Assembly (NCBI RefSeq): GCF_009914755.1
Contig: NC_060935.1
Source: the human T2T-CHM13v2.0 reference genome, Homo sapiens
Strand: one strand, 5' to 3'
DNA: 64,000 nt
Shown here in pieces: positions 51,401 to 64,000 of the stretch. The notes below the pieces were generated by a model, which saw only the letters and a program-made list of their open reading frames with translations, searched no databases and was not told where the DNA came from. Each line of letters begins with the position of its first letter. Position 1 is the first letter of the stretch. Both the position numbers and the translations under genes were made by a program.

Positions 51401-54400
51401 AATGTTGGCTACATGATGAGAAGTGATCGGTGTTTACAATTGTTCAGTGGAGTGGGCTTATTAAGTAATAATAAGTGATTTATTTATACTACTTAAGAAC
51501 CTACCATGTGCCAGGCATCATGTTGCTATCACAAATATTATCGCAAACTTTTACAATCATTCTTCAAATGAAGTAGTGCTTTAACTATTTTTAAAAGGAG
51601 TAAAATGAATCCCAAAAAGATTAGAGTGTTTGTTTCTGGCTGCTTTTTCCTTTAGCTGAGTTTTCTCCCAGGGCACTCCTTTTCCAAGAAACAGACTTTA
51701 GGCAGGCTTTTTCACCAGTTTGTTCTATATGTGCCAACATGTACACCTTAAATTGAAGATCTACTTTATATGCTAATTAGTTTGCAAGTGTCAACCTGTT
51801 TGAGGAAATACAGATATAAAGTAGCTGAGATAGGGCTTGAATTCAGCTTTGTTTGTCTCCAAAGCCTATTGTCTTTTTTTTATTATACATGGCCTGCACT
51901 GAATCTTTATTCACACCTATCTCCTTTTGTCCAATAATCATTTAGATTACTCTAGTTTGATGTCATAATTTCTCATGGAGTTAAAACTGGACTCTTCAAA
52001 ATGATAGAGTTGTCTGAATTTGGCTGCAATGCGAACTACTAATCGATTCAAGCTTGTTATCAAGACACCTAGAGATCACCAGGTAAGTTGGTAGTATGGG
52101 AGGTGGTTAAATCTCAGTAGCATGTGGGTGCAAGTGTGTGATACCACATTGACAGAAATAACTCTCTGATGTCCCCCACCTGAATAACACAGGATAACTG
52201 CTCTCTCCAAAGCCTCCTGCCCAAGCATTTCTAGGATTCCTAAAAAGTTCCCCTGTCAGGACACTGTCTTTGCTTTGGTTGGCAAGTATACTAGAATTCT
52301 CACAATGCCACTGTTTCAGTGTGGTTCCTGGTGAAGTGAGCAAGGACGTAGTTGGATTTTTCCTTTAGTGAGGAGTGGTTAGAAAAATAAAGATGGCGCT
52401 AGATTGCCCATGTCTAATTTGTGTCCCAAATCTTGATGTTTACTTCACCTTTTTACAGGGGAACAAGAGAAGCCAGGTGCAAGGGGCCAGGAATATTATG
52501 CTAGAGGCACTTCCTCCACATGGAAGGAAATATCAAAAGTGAAGAGTAAACATTCCTCTCTGTTCCCCATTCCTGCTACTGCCTTGCGTCAGTTTTATCT
52601 GTTTTAAAAATTGTGCTACCAGAGAACTCAGTGTTGTGTGATACATTATTATATGTGCATTTTATTGAAAAAGCCCTTTTAGAAAACCTGCGGCTCTCTG
52701 TCTGCCATTGGCCTTAGACATGAGTCCAGTAAGGACTAGGCTAGGAGACAAATCAACATGACAGTTGCTGTGCTGTCAGAATGATTCTCTCCTTCCCTCC
52801 AACTTAGCTATCATGCTGTACAATGCTCTTTGCTTCTGGCTGATTTTTCCTTTAGCTGAGTTTTCTCCCAGGGCACTCCTTACTTTTCCAAGAAATAGAC
52901 TTTAGGCTGGCTTGCTTCACGAACAATTTGTTCTATATGTGCCGACATGCACAAATTAAATTGAGGATCTGCTTTATGTGCTAATTAGTTTGCAAGAAAT
53001 AAAATTCTCAAGGTTAAGATGGGTCTATAGCTGCACTTTTTAGACAACTTGCAATTGCTTTACCTCCCATAGCTTCAGGTATCTTCTCTACGTAGTCGCC
53101 TTCTAAGCGCAAGTCTCTATCCCTGCCCTCTTTCCAGCTGCCTGCTAGATATCCCCTTGCAGATCTCCCTCTGGAAACACAATTTCAGTCTTTCCAAAAC
53201 TGAACTCATCAACTCTTACCTGTTCTTCCTGTTCTTCTCTTTCACTTAAAGGCACAATCATCCTAGTTGCTTAGGTCCAAGGTATTCTATCGGTCTGGGA
53301 TATTGTTACCCACAGCAATTGTTGTCATAGTTCTCTTCTTTCAAGAGCTAACCCAGTTTCATCCTCCTGTATCTCTTCAGTCAAAATGAATCCCCTTTTC
53401 CTTTATTCCTATAGCACTCTATAATTCTTTAAAGCATTGGCACCATCTCCTTTATATTGTCTTGTATCTCCCATTTGCTTAAAGAAACAAAGCAAATGAG
53501 CACCTATTACGTAATGTATACAGTGTTCTATACGTTTTTATTTAATCATCATATAACCCATTTTACAGATGGGAAAATTAAAGGCGTTTCCTTATCTGTA
53601 AAAGAAACAACTCCAAGTTCATAAATACTTAAATACCTATGGTGTCCAGTATAATAAATATCAGTTTAACAGATGTATTTTTTTTATTGTTGTAGTCTAG
53701 CATAGTGTTGGATACACACTAAGTACTCAGTAATTCTTTGTTGAACTGAATTGAGAAGAACTTCAATTCAAATTTCATAAAAACTTTTAGAGTATCCATT
53801 TTGTACAAGGTGGATTTTTGAAGATTACAAGTTTGGCCACTATTTTTATCCTGCGTTTTTACAGCGACAGACGGTAAAGCCAAAAGATCTGTCATCCTTT
53901 ATTCCTTCCCAGACCACTGGAGGGATGTAAACAGCAGTTATCAGTTATCAGCAATAAACCCTTATATCAACATTTATCAAGATAAAGTTTCACAAAACAG
54001 GAAGAGAAGAGATATCATTATTAACCAGTGAGTATTCATTGGGTACCTACTGCATATTTTTAAATGCTTTTAAACCATAGGACAGTTTATAGGCATGAGA
54101 TAGTTTCAGTACTTTGGTGACCACTAACCAGTACTGCCAACGTTACTACATGGCTCTATGCTAGTACTATAAAAGTATAAAATAAATATATTCTGTAAAT
54201 TAAACTCTAATTTAATAGAATGGTGATAAAGTATATCAGATAAAGTTCCCAAAGAACATAATTGTAACAATGTTAGGTTTATGAACTTCCTGTAACAGTT
54301 AACATGAGGAACCAGGAGCCTCTCCTAAGAGAAAGTAGGGAAGGACTTTTTTCCTTTTCTTCCCCTCCAGAGACAGAATCTCACTCTGTCACTCAGGAGT

Positions 54401-54510
54401 GCAGTGGGGTGATCGTGACTTATTGCAGCCTTTAACTCCTGGGCTCAAATGATCATCCTGCCTCAGCCTCTTGCGTACCTGGGACTAAAGGTGTGTGTCG
54501 CCATGCCAGG

Positions 54511-55932
54511 TGTATTAGGCTATTCTTGCATTGCTATAAAGAAATACCTGAAACTGGGTAATTTATAAAGAGGTTTAATTGGCTCATGATTCTAAACGAT
54601 GTACAGGAAGCATGATGCTGCTATCTGCTTGGCTTCTTGAGAAGCCTCAGGAAACTTACAATCACAGTGAAAGGTGAAGGAGGAGCAGGCACATCACATG
54701 GCCAGAGCAGGAGCAAGGGAGTGGGTAGTGCCACACACTTTTAAACAACCAGATCTTGCAAGAACTCACTCACTGTCACAAGAACAGCATCAAGGGGATG
54801 GTGGTAAGCCATTCACGAGAAACCCACTCCCATGTTCAAATCACCTCCCACCAGGCCCCACCTCCAACATTGGGAATTACAATTCAACATGAGATTGGGT
54901 GGGGACATGTATCCAAACTATATCATTCCACCCCTTAGAGTGGTGGTTGGAGCCCAAGCAGCTGGATGTAAGGAGCAATGTCTCGAGGCTGCTTTTATTT
55001 TCTACCACACGGCCAGGCTGCAGGTTTTCCTGACTTTTATGCTGTTTCCCTTTTAAATATAAGTCCCAACTTATTTCTTTGCTCCCACATCTGAGCATAG
55101 GTTGTTAGAAGTAGCCATGTCACCTCTTGAACACTTTGCTGCTTAGAAATTTCTTCCAGCAGATACTCTAGGTTATCATTCTCGCATTCAAACTTCCACA
55201 TATCCCTAGGGTATGGACACAATCCTGCTAAGCTCTTTGCTGAGGCATAAGATGCATGACCTTTGCTCCAGTTCTCAATAAGTTCCTCATTTCCATCTGA
55301 GATCTCCTAAGCCTGGCCTTCACTGTCCATATCACTATCGGCATTTTGGTCATAACAATTTAACCAGTCTCTAGGAAGTTCCAAACTTTCCCTCATCTTC
55401 CTGTCTTTTCTGAGCCCTCCATACTCTTCCAACCTCTGCCTGTTATCCAGTTCCAAAGCTGCTTCCACATTTTTAGGTTCCTTTATAGCAATGGTCCACT
55501 CTCGGTAGCAATTTTTTATATCAAGCCATTTGTGCACCGCTATAAAGAAATACCTGAGACTGGGTAATTTATAAAGAAAGGAGGTTTCATTGGCTCATGG
55601 TTCTGCAGGCTGTACAGGAAACATGATGGCATCTGCTTCTGGGGAGGCCTCAGGAAGCTTACAGTTATGGCAGAAGGCAAAGGGGGTAATGGCATGTCAC
55701 ATGGCCAGGGAAGGAGCAAGAAAGAGATAGCAAAGTGCCACACTTTTAAAAAGCCAGATCTTGCGAGAAGTCACTCACTGTTATGAGGACAGCACCAAGG
55801 CGATGGTGCTAAACTCTTAATGAGAAAATCCACACCCACGATCCAATCACCTCCCACCAGGCACCACCTCCAATACTGGGGATTACAATTCAACATGAGA
55901 TTTGGGCAGGGACACAGGTCCAAACTATATCA
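54511..55932 (-). mobile_element. MST-type MaLR provirus (LTR 54511-54925, short internal region, LTR 55517-55932) splitting an AluJ
   Basis: Two homologous LTRs; TSD-like ccagg/cctgg; Alu halves at 54365-54510 and 55933-56096. Confidence 0.88.
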
Positions 55933-55962
55933 CCTGGATAATTCTTTTTTTTTAATTTTTAA

Positions 55963-56235
<273 letters not shown>

Positions 56236-56265
56236 TAAGAAGGGAGCAATAAAAAATAAAATTAG

Positions 56266-56590
56266 GGCTGGGAGCAGTGACTGATGCCTGTAATCCCAGA
56301 ACTTTGGGAGGCTGAGATGGGTGGATTGCTTGAGCCCAGGAATTCGAGACAGCCAGAGCGACGTGGTAAAACCTCATCTCTACAAAAAATACAAAAATTA
56401 GCCCAGTGTGGTGGTCTGTGCCTATAGTCTCAGCTACTTGGGAGGCTGAGGTGGGAGCATCACTTGAGCGCCCCAGAAGATGGAGGTTGCAGTGAGCTGT
56501 GATCATGCCACTGAACTCCAGCCTGGGTGACAGAGTGAGACCCTGTCTCAAAAATAAAATAAAATATAAAAATAAAAATAAAAATTAAAA
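56266..56590 (+). mobile_element. AluJ
   Basis: Alu consensus with (TAAAA)n tail. Confidence 0.88.
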
Positions 56591-57019
56591 ACCATGTAAA
56601 TATTCACAATAGCCACAGGGTGGAAGCAACAAGAGTGTCCATTAATGGATTAATGTATACAAAATGTGATACATACATACAATGAAATATTATTCAGCTT
56701 GAAAAAGGAAGAACATTCTGACACATGCTACAACATGGATGAACTTTGAGGAGATGACAGTTTAAGTGAAATAAGCCAGATATGAAAAGACAAATACTGC
56801 ATAAGTCTACTTGTAAGAGGTACGTAGAGTAGTCAAATTCTTAGAGACAAAAAGTAGAATCGTGGTTGCCAGGGGCTGGGAGTGGTGGTTGGGTGGAGAC
56901 GGGGAGTTAATGTTTAATGGGATGGAGTTTCAGTTGGGAAGATGAAAAAGTTCTGGAGATAAATGGTGGTGATGGTTGCACAACAATGTGAATGTACTGA
57001 ATGCCACCATGCTTTATAC

Positions 57020-57375
57020 CAGTGGTCCCCAACATTTTTGGCACCAGGGACCGGTTTTATGAAAGATAATTACTCCATGGATGGGGGTGGGGGAGTAATG
57101 GTTTCAGGATGAAACTGTTCCACCTTAGATCATCAAGCATTAGTTAGATTCTCATAAGGAGCACGCAACCTAGATGCCTCGCATGCACAGTTCACAACAC
57201 AGGGTTTGTGCTCCTATGAGAATCGAATGCCACTGCTGATCTTACTGGAGGCGGGGCTCAGGTGCTAATACTTGCTCCCCCGCCCCTTACCTCTGGCAGA
57301 ACAGCCCCGTTCTTAACATGACACAGACTGGTACCAGTCTGCACCGATCTGCAGCCAAGGAGTTGGGGACCCCTA
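57020..57375. mobile_element. MER1-type hAT MITE inside an L1MB 3' end (~56595-57445)
   Basis: TIRs cagtggtccccaac / gttggggaccccta; 8-bp TSD-like ctttatac/ctttatgt. Confidence 0.85.
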
Positions 57376-57647
57376 CTTTATGTGGAAAATGGCTAAAATT
57401 GTAAATTTTTATATTATCTATATTTTATCACAATTTAAAAAATAAAAATTAAAAAATATGTAAAAAAGTAGTTATCTCTCAAAAGAGGGAAGGGTTTGTG
57501 TGTCCTTAGCCATGTCATGTTAGAAACATTATTCCAGTAGTAAAGTCGAAAAAAATGGTGTTCTTTAAAATTTTAAATACATAATACTTTAAGAAGATAA
57601 TAAAAAGCCCAATTGATAAAGTTTTCTGTACTTCAGCTGGCTCTACT

Positions 57648-57938
<291 letters not shown>

Positions 57939-58737
57939 TCAACTGACTCTACTTTCTATGAATTGAGTTTAAAGCTAAGAAAAAACTAAAGAAGAAATGC
58001 ACACCATTTTTCATAAAGTAGGCCACAAATGAGTAAAAAGGTATAGTAAAACAATGCGACATCAGGCAATGCAGGTAAAATATATACGCATTGTGCACAG
58101 TAAGTCTTTATGTGTATAATCTGTGCATACCTTTTGATGGCCCTTCAAAGAGTTTCTCTAGGCCCTTGCAGGTGGTGGGTTGGGTACACAAAATCAGTAG
58201 AAGGTGAAATCCAGTACCCTACACTTTCCTTAAAGCTCCTATTAGGCAACAAAGTTTCTCTCTCATAAAACCAGGTAGGATGGACCACAAGCTCTGTAAT
58301 GAGTAGCAATATGGCTTTCAGAAAAATACATAGAGGTTATAATTCAAAGCCGAGATTGATATTTGTGACAAAGCGGCACTCTGCCACAAATCTGTTACTG
58401 AATAGCCAAGATTTAAGAGACTCACAAAATTTGACACTCCAGGGCCTAAAGGTCCTGATGCTGGCCACCTGGACTCCTAGAAATGATAGACATTATAGCA
58501 GTCATTGCAGGAGATTAAAGACACCTGGATCAAAGCCCAAGAAGATGGCAGAGCAGGCAGAACTGTTTTAGTTCATTTTAAGTTAGTTTGCTGCATAGAT
58601 TTGTTATAGGAGGACGAAATTTAACTTTGAGAACTTTTAAGAACAGAGTAGCAAGTTGTCATCATGCAGACACCTAATAGGTGAACTGAAATGCAGGCCG
58701 CATTTCATAAGAAATAAGGGATAATCCTTGGCCAAAT

Positions 58738-59321
58738 TGTCAGAGGCATTTGAAGAGTAACCCTATCTTGAATAGGGGCTGGGTAAAATAACACCGAGAC
58801 CTACTGGGCTGCATTCCTAGGAGGTTAGGTATTCTAAGTGCCAGGAAGGGATAGGAAGTCAGCATAAGATACGGGTCACAATAGACTTTGCTGACAAAAC
58901 AGGGTGCTGTAAAGAAGCTGGCCAAATCCCACTAAAACCAAGATGACAAAGTGACCTCTAGTCATTTTCACTACTCATTATACAGTAATTACAATACATT
59001 AGCATGCTAAACGACACTCCTACCAGCGCCATGACAGTTCACAGATGCCATGGCAACCTTAGGAAGTTACCCTATATGATCTAAAAGCGGAGAACCCTCA
59101 GTTCCCGGTATTGTCCACCCCTTGTTTAGCATATAATCAAGAAATAAGTGTAAGTATACTCGGTCGCCCATGCCCCTGCTCTGCCTATGGAGTAGGCATT
59201 CTTTTATTTCTTTACTTTTAATAAACTTGCTTTCACTTTATGGACTCGCCCTGAATTCTTTCTTGCAGGAGGTCCAAGAACCCACTCTTTGGGTCTGGAT
59301 CTGGACCGCTTTCCCATAAGA
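58738..59321 (+). mobile_element. MER41 (ERV1) solo LTR
   Basis: tgtcagaggcatttgaa...atcttgaataggggctgggtaaaataa start; aataaacttgctttcac polyA region. Confidence 0.85.
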
Positions 59322-59624
59322 AAAAGAAGGAAGGTAACTAACTTTGACTGAACACCTGATACGTGCTAAATGATTTCTCAGACAAGATCTTATTTAAATA
59401 TTTCTAAATGATTTGATGATAATGTTAATGGCCTTCTGGCCCCCAAAAGCACACTGCCTCTTGGTCCCAAATAAATGAGGAAAATATCCAGTTTGTGGAA
59501 TAGAGGGGCAGGTAAGTAAAAAAAGAAAAAGAAATGCAAAGAAGGAAAGATATACATGAAAAAAATGTCATACAGAGATAATCAGCTCTTTTCCAACCAA
59601 CCAAAGTAAGAGTTCTTTTTTAAC

Positions 59625-60290
59625 TGCGCGGTTACAACTAACCAAAACTCAGGAAATAACTCCTGGAAGCAAACAAACTTAGCAGTGAAAAACAAGCGCG
59701 TCCAGTAACACCAGAAAAACACGTGGCGGGGGTGGGGCATCTGGTCGCAACCGCAGGTGAGACTCTAAGTCCCATCATTCCCTTCGGCAGCCAAGCCAGG
59801 CTGTTGAGGGCGAGCCGGCGCACCGTACGCTGGGACGTGTGGTTTCAGCTCGTGCGCCTCCCCGTGGGTTTGCGACGTTTAGCGACTATTGCGCCTGCGC
59901 CAGCGCCGGCTGCGAGACTGGGGCCGTGGCTGCTGGTCCCGGGTGATGCTAGGCGGCTCCCTGGGCTCCAGGCTGTTGCGGGGTGTAGGTGGGAGTCACG
60001 GACGGTTCGGGGCCCGAGGTGTCCGCGAAGGTGGCGCAGCCATGGCGGCAGGGGAGAGCATGGCTCAGCGGATGGTCTGGGTGGACCTGGAGGTGAGTGA
60101 GGTCGGCGGGGGGCTTGGGGAGGCGAGTGAGGTTTCGCTCGTGGAACCGAGGAGTCGAGCCCGTCCTGGGAGAGCGTTGGGGGTCTGGGTCTCAGGTGTG
60201 GCAGGTGAGCGCGGCCGGCCACGGGCGGTGCAGGGCAAGTCCGGAGGCAGGAGTCCTGCGGGTGTTGGGCGCCGTGCTGCGCTGTAGGGC
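59625..60290 (+). promoter_or_regulatory. REXO2 CpG-island promoter
   Basis: High CpG density; E-box CACGTG 59720-59725; NRF1-like TGCGCCTGCGC 59890-59900. Confidence 0.85.
59946..60092 (+). CDS. REXO2: REXO2 coding exon 1 (oligoribonuclease; mitochondrial presequence and ExoI D-x-E)
   Basis: [13 protein letters not shown]...[11 protein letters not shown]; donor GAG|GTGAGT; 147 nt. Confidence 0.96.
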
Positions 60291-61072
60291 TTCTTTCCAC
60301 AAGGGAGGAGTCCTCCGTGTGGCTTCTTCTCCTCCCTACCCCTCCGCCCAGATGTGGACTTTTCCTAACGCTCTGGCGTCTCTGGGCTTGGGTCACTGGA
60401 GTGGGGGCGGGGGCAGCGGCTCTGTTCCCAGCTTCCCCCAACTAAATCCTTAAAGGACCCTAGGTTGTTAGGGCCAGACGGGACTCCGGAGATGACTCAG
60501 CCTTACCCCTCATTCCATAAGTGAGAACATTGAGGCCCACAGAAAGGATTCAACTCATTCAAGGTCGTGCTGTTAGTGAGAGTCTGAGTTGAGACCAGAA
60601 CCCAGTTCCTATCCCTTCAGGCTTTCCATGCCCGAAACAAGGGCTCCTCCCACCGTTGAGCCTCAGTTTATATGAAGTGAGGATAATAACAGTAGTTTTT
60701 CCATTAGATTGTGAAGGTCCAGTGGTGTAATTAATGTGAAAACTTTGTAAACTCTGCAGAGACGTGGTGGTGGTAGTTATCCAACTCTTCCAAAACTGAG
60801 TGATGTCAGCACTCAGTTTTACTTACTTTGCATCTGTCCCGGAGTAGAATCTCAGTGCTTGACAAATAGCAGGCCCTTGGTAAATGTTTGTTGAATAAAC
60901 GAGGACTCGTGTTTAGTACCTTCAGTAGTTGCCCGAGGAGCATTCTTTCTCTTCTGTTTCGGCTATGGATTACAAGCTGACTATGTTTGAGGGAATTCCT
61001 GTTAAATAAACTTGGGTAAAAGAGGCCAGAATGATGGCTTTGTGTGTGTTATATATTTATTTTTAATTGCAG

Positions 61073-61156
61073 ATGACAGGATTGGACATTGAGAAGGACC
61101 AGATTATTGAGATGGCCTGTCTGATAACTGACTCTGATCTCAACATTTTGGCTGAA
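61073..61156 (+). CDS. REXO2: REXO2 coding exon 2; gene continues beyond the window
   Basis: Acceptor ttgcag|ATG; [28 protein letters not shown] (Orn family); donor GAA|GTACGT; 84 nt. Confidence 0.96.
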
Positions 61157-63532
61157 GTACGTGATGCCATGTAATACAGTCATACTTTTTAAAGGGCACT
61201 GGAAATATAACCATCATTTTTTCCAGCTTCTTTATTTAAAAAATAAGAAAGTTGAGGTCTATATGGGTTAAGGTAATGTGCTAGGTCATGGTAGGGGTGG
61301 TACTAGAACCAAAGTAATCCATCTCACAGCCTAGTGAAAATTAAAAATTAAACATTATTTTTTAATTAACCATGCCAGAAATTTACAGAAACATAAATTC
61401 TGTCGTTTACTGAGCGCTTACTGTATGCCAGCTACAGTTTCTGTGTGCTTTATATGTCTTTGTTCTTAGTTCTCACAGCAACTATAAGTTAGTTATTGTT
61501 ATAATGCTCATTTGATGGATGAGGACACTTGAGCATAGAGATGTTGGGTAATTTGTCTGAGGTCCCAGTGGCTGTTTACTGGGGGAGCCAAGAGTTTAAC
61601 TCAGGCTGTCTCAGTAAGGTGCTCCTAACAAGTAGGACAGCCAGCTGTCCTCCCATCAGATTTGGTGACTCGTGCCAATGTTTGCGTCTTTATATCATAA
61701 CCTTGACTTTAACTTGACTCCATATTTACAATTCTGCCTTTTCAACTAGGACATGTGATTCTTCTAGATCAGTATTAAGATTTTAGAATTTCTGTTAGTG
61801 CACACCCGTAAAGTGTTCTGTTGTTGACAGATTGGGCATGATTAAGGTTTTTGCATGCTACTTCCAACTGAAACATTTAGCAAAACAAAACACACCTGCT
61901 GCATTTCAGCCACTCATGAAACATTTAATAAGGATGTGACACCATCTGGTAGGGGGTGAAATCCCTGACCCTGAATAATTCTGTTTTATACTGTCAGCAG
62001 TATTCAGAGCCAGAAACTCCAGAATAGGAACAAAGTAGGGATGTTTGTGGAAAAGAGAGTCTTGTTAAAATAAGTTCCTAGAGGGTAGCATTGATATGTT
62101 ACTGGCACTGGATACATTTCGTAAATCTGCAGTTAACACTTTTGTTTGTTTTGCTGTGTAGGTAAAAGAGGTGAGGACGTATTTCTAGATTAATGACTGC
62201 GTTTGTGGAGTACCAGGCTTATCCTCCCCACATATCAACTGTAGGAGAATCATGAGACTTTGTACTTCTCATCATAACAACTTTTTTAACTTTGTATAAA
62301 TAAAGCCCTGAGTTTTAGATTTGGTTGTTTTTTTCTGTTACTTGGGATTTATTGGAGATCAATAGTGAAGAGAAGTGTCTTTATTTTACCAGTCTAACTT
62401 ACCCTTGGCCGAAGAAGAGTGTTTCCTTTAGACTGTTGATATAATGTGAAATACTGACAGTTTAATGGACCCGTAGGTTGATATGTACCCTGGAGGAAAT
62501 TTGGGTATGTATTCACACAGCTGCAGATGAATGCAGCATTTGTAAATGGACTAAGTCAGATGAGGATAAAGATGTTAAAAAAAAAAAAAAAGCTTAGGGG
62601 CTATCAGTTCTGCAGTATGTTTTATTCTTTTATAAGAGTCTGAGAAAAATGTTTTATGCTGGTAGAAGAGCAGGCATCCTACTCTGAAAATTTTTCTGTA
62701 GGTGTGGTCCCTTGGCTTGCTAAATAGGGATCTAAAATAGTTTGTAGTAGTTTGATTTTTCCATCATTGTTAGTATTTTTTTTAATAGTATGAGTATTTT
62801 TTTTCATTTTCATAGGTTTGGGTTTTCTTTTTCCTTCGTGACTATCATAAAACATCTGTTATCCAAGCAAAATTTTTTGTTTCTTCGCAGAGATTACCAA
62901 CACCAGTTTTCTTGTTTGGCTAAATCTCCTTTTTAGTAGTAGGATGTCAGGCGTATTTTAATTAAATTCTAGCCATTTCTTTCAGTGATTGTGAACTGTT
63001 TTTACCACCTTAGTAGTAATAATACCTTGGATTTATGGAATACTTTTCTATCAGAGAGTTCAAAGAGCTCATATCTATAATTTCTTTTATCCTGTTAACA
63101 TTTCTATGAGGGAAGGGGTACAGTTTATTATTATCACTATCTTACAGAGGGAGAAGCTGAGGTGACTTGCTTTAATGCCGTAGCTACTGTTAACTGCCAG
63201 GACTTATCTGAGAGACTCATACTTGGATGTTCTATGAAATGGAGCTGAGAATTTGAGGGCTACTTTGTGTTTTGGATATCAACAATTACCTCTTTAATTT
63301 TTTTTTAAATATAAAAATACTGTTAAAACAGTGTAACTATCCAAAGTATGTGTGTAGTGAACTATTGGATTTTTGTCCTGTTCTATTGCTCCTTCTTACT
63401 CCAAGTTTATGTATTGTCTTGATATTTTGTATGTTTATATAAATGCGTGTTTTTTTTAAAACAAGTGTAAATGAAATCATACCTATACATACATGGTTTT
63501 GCAATTGTTTTTTTCACCTGCAATATAGATAC

Positions 63533-63821
63533 TTTTTTTTTTTAAGAGATAGGGTCTCACCCTGTCACCCAGGTTGGAGTGCAGTGGCATGTAGCTCACT
63601 GTAACCTCGAACTCCTGGGTTCAAGTGATCTTCCTGCCTCAGCCTCCTGAGAAGCTAGGACTGTAGGGGTGTGCCACCAGGCCCACCTAATTTTTTTTTT
63701 TTTTTTTTTAATTTTGTAGAAATGAGGTCTTGCTATGTTGCCTGGACTGGTCTTGAACTACTGGCCTCAAGTGATCCTCCCACCTCGGCCTCCCAGAGTG
63801 CTGGGATTACCATGCTTGGCC
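63533..63821 (-). mobile_element. AluJ in REXO2 intron 2
   Basis: Alu consensus. Confidence 0.88.
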
Positions 63822-64000
63822 TAGACACTTTTCAAAATGAACTCATAATCAAGGGTTGACAGACTTTTCTGGAAAGAGCAAGTTATTAAATTGTTTAGGC
63901 TTTGAGTGCAGTCATATGTTCTTGTCATATGTTCTTTTTTTTTTTTAAACAATCTTTTACAAATGTAAAAATCATTCTTAGCTTTCTAGCTATTAATAAA

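Noticed and set aside
59845-60441. 198-aa antisense ORF over REXO2 exon 1
   Set aside because: GC-rich island artefact, non-ATG start, no recognisable domain

Overview
Primate (human-like) genomic DNA, rich in Alu, L1 and LTR repeats; I recognise it as the C11orf71-RBM7-REXO2 locus (11q23). Three genes are present. RBM7 (+, 5 coding exons, 266/267 aa) shares a ~340-bp head-to-head CpG promoter with C11orf71 (-, a 123-aa intronless form and a reconstructable 147-aa spliced form). REXO2 (+) contributes its first two coding exons. Most ORF-track entries are repeat-derived noise. Less obvious structure includes a ~1.9-kb inverted duplication, an AluSx-type element with a ~145-bp (AAAAG)n tail nested in an AluY, a hAT transposase fossil nested in a MIR, a 160-bp non-repeat duplication, a template-switch hairpin, a MER41 LTR with eroded GAS sites, a candidate 9-nt REXO2 microexon and phase-compatible RBM7-REXO2 read-through. 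I see no evidence of a wholly new system; these are candidates to check. Repeat subfamily names come from recalled consensus sequences and repeat boundaries are approximate.
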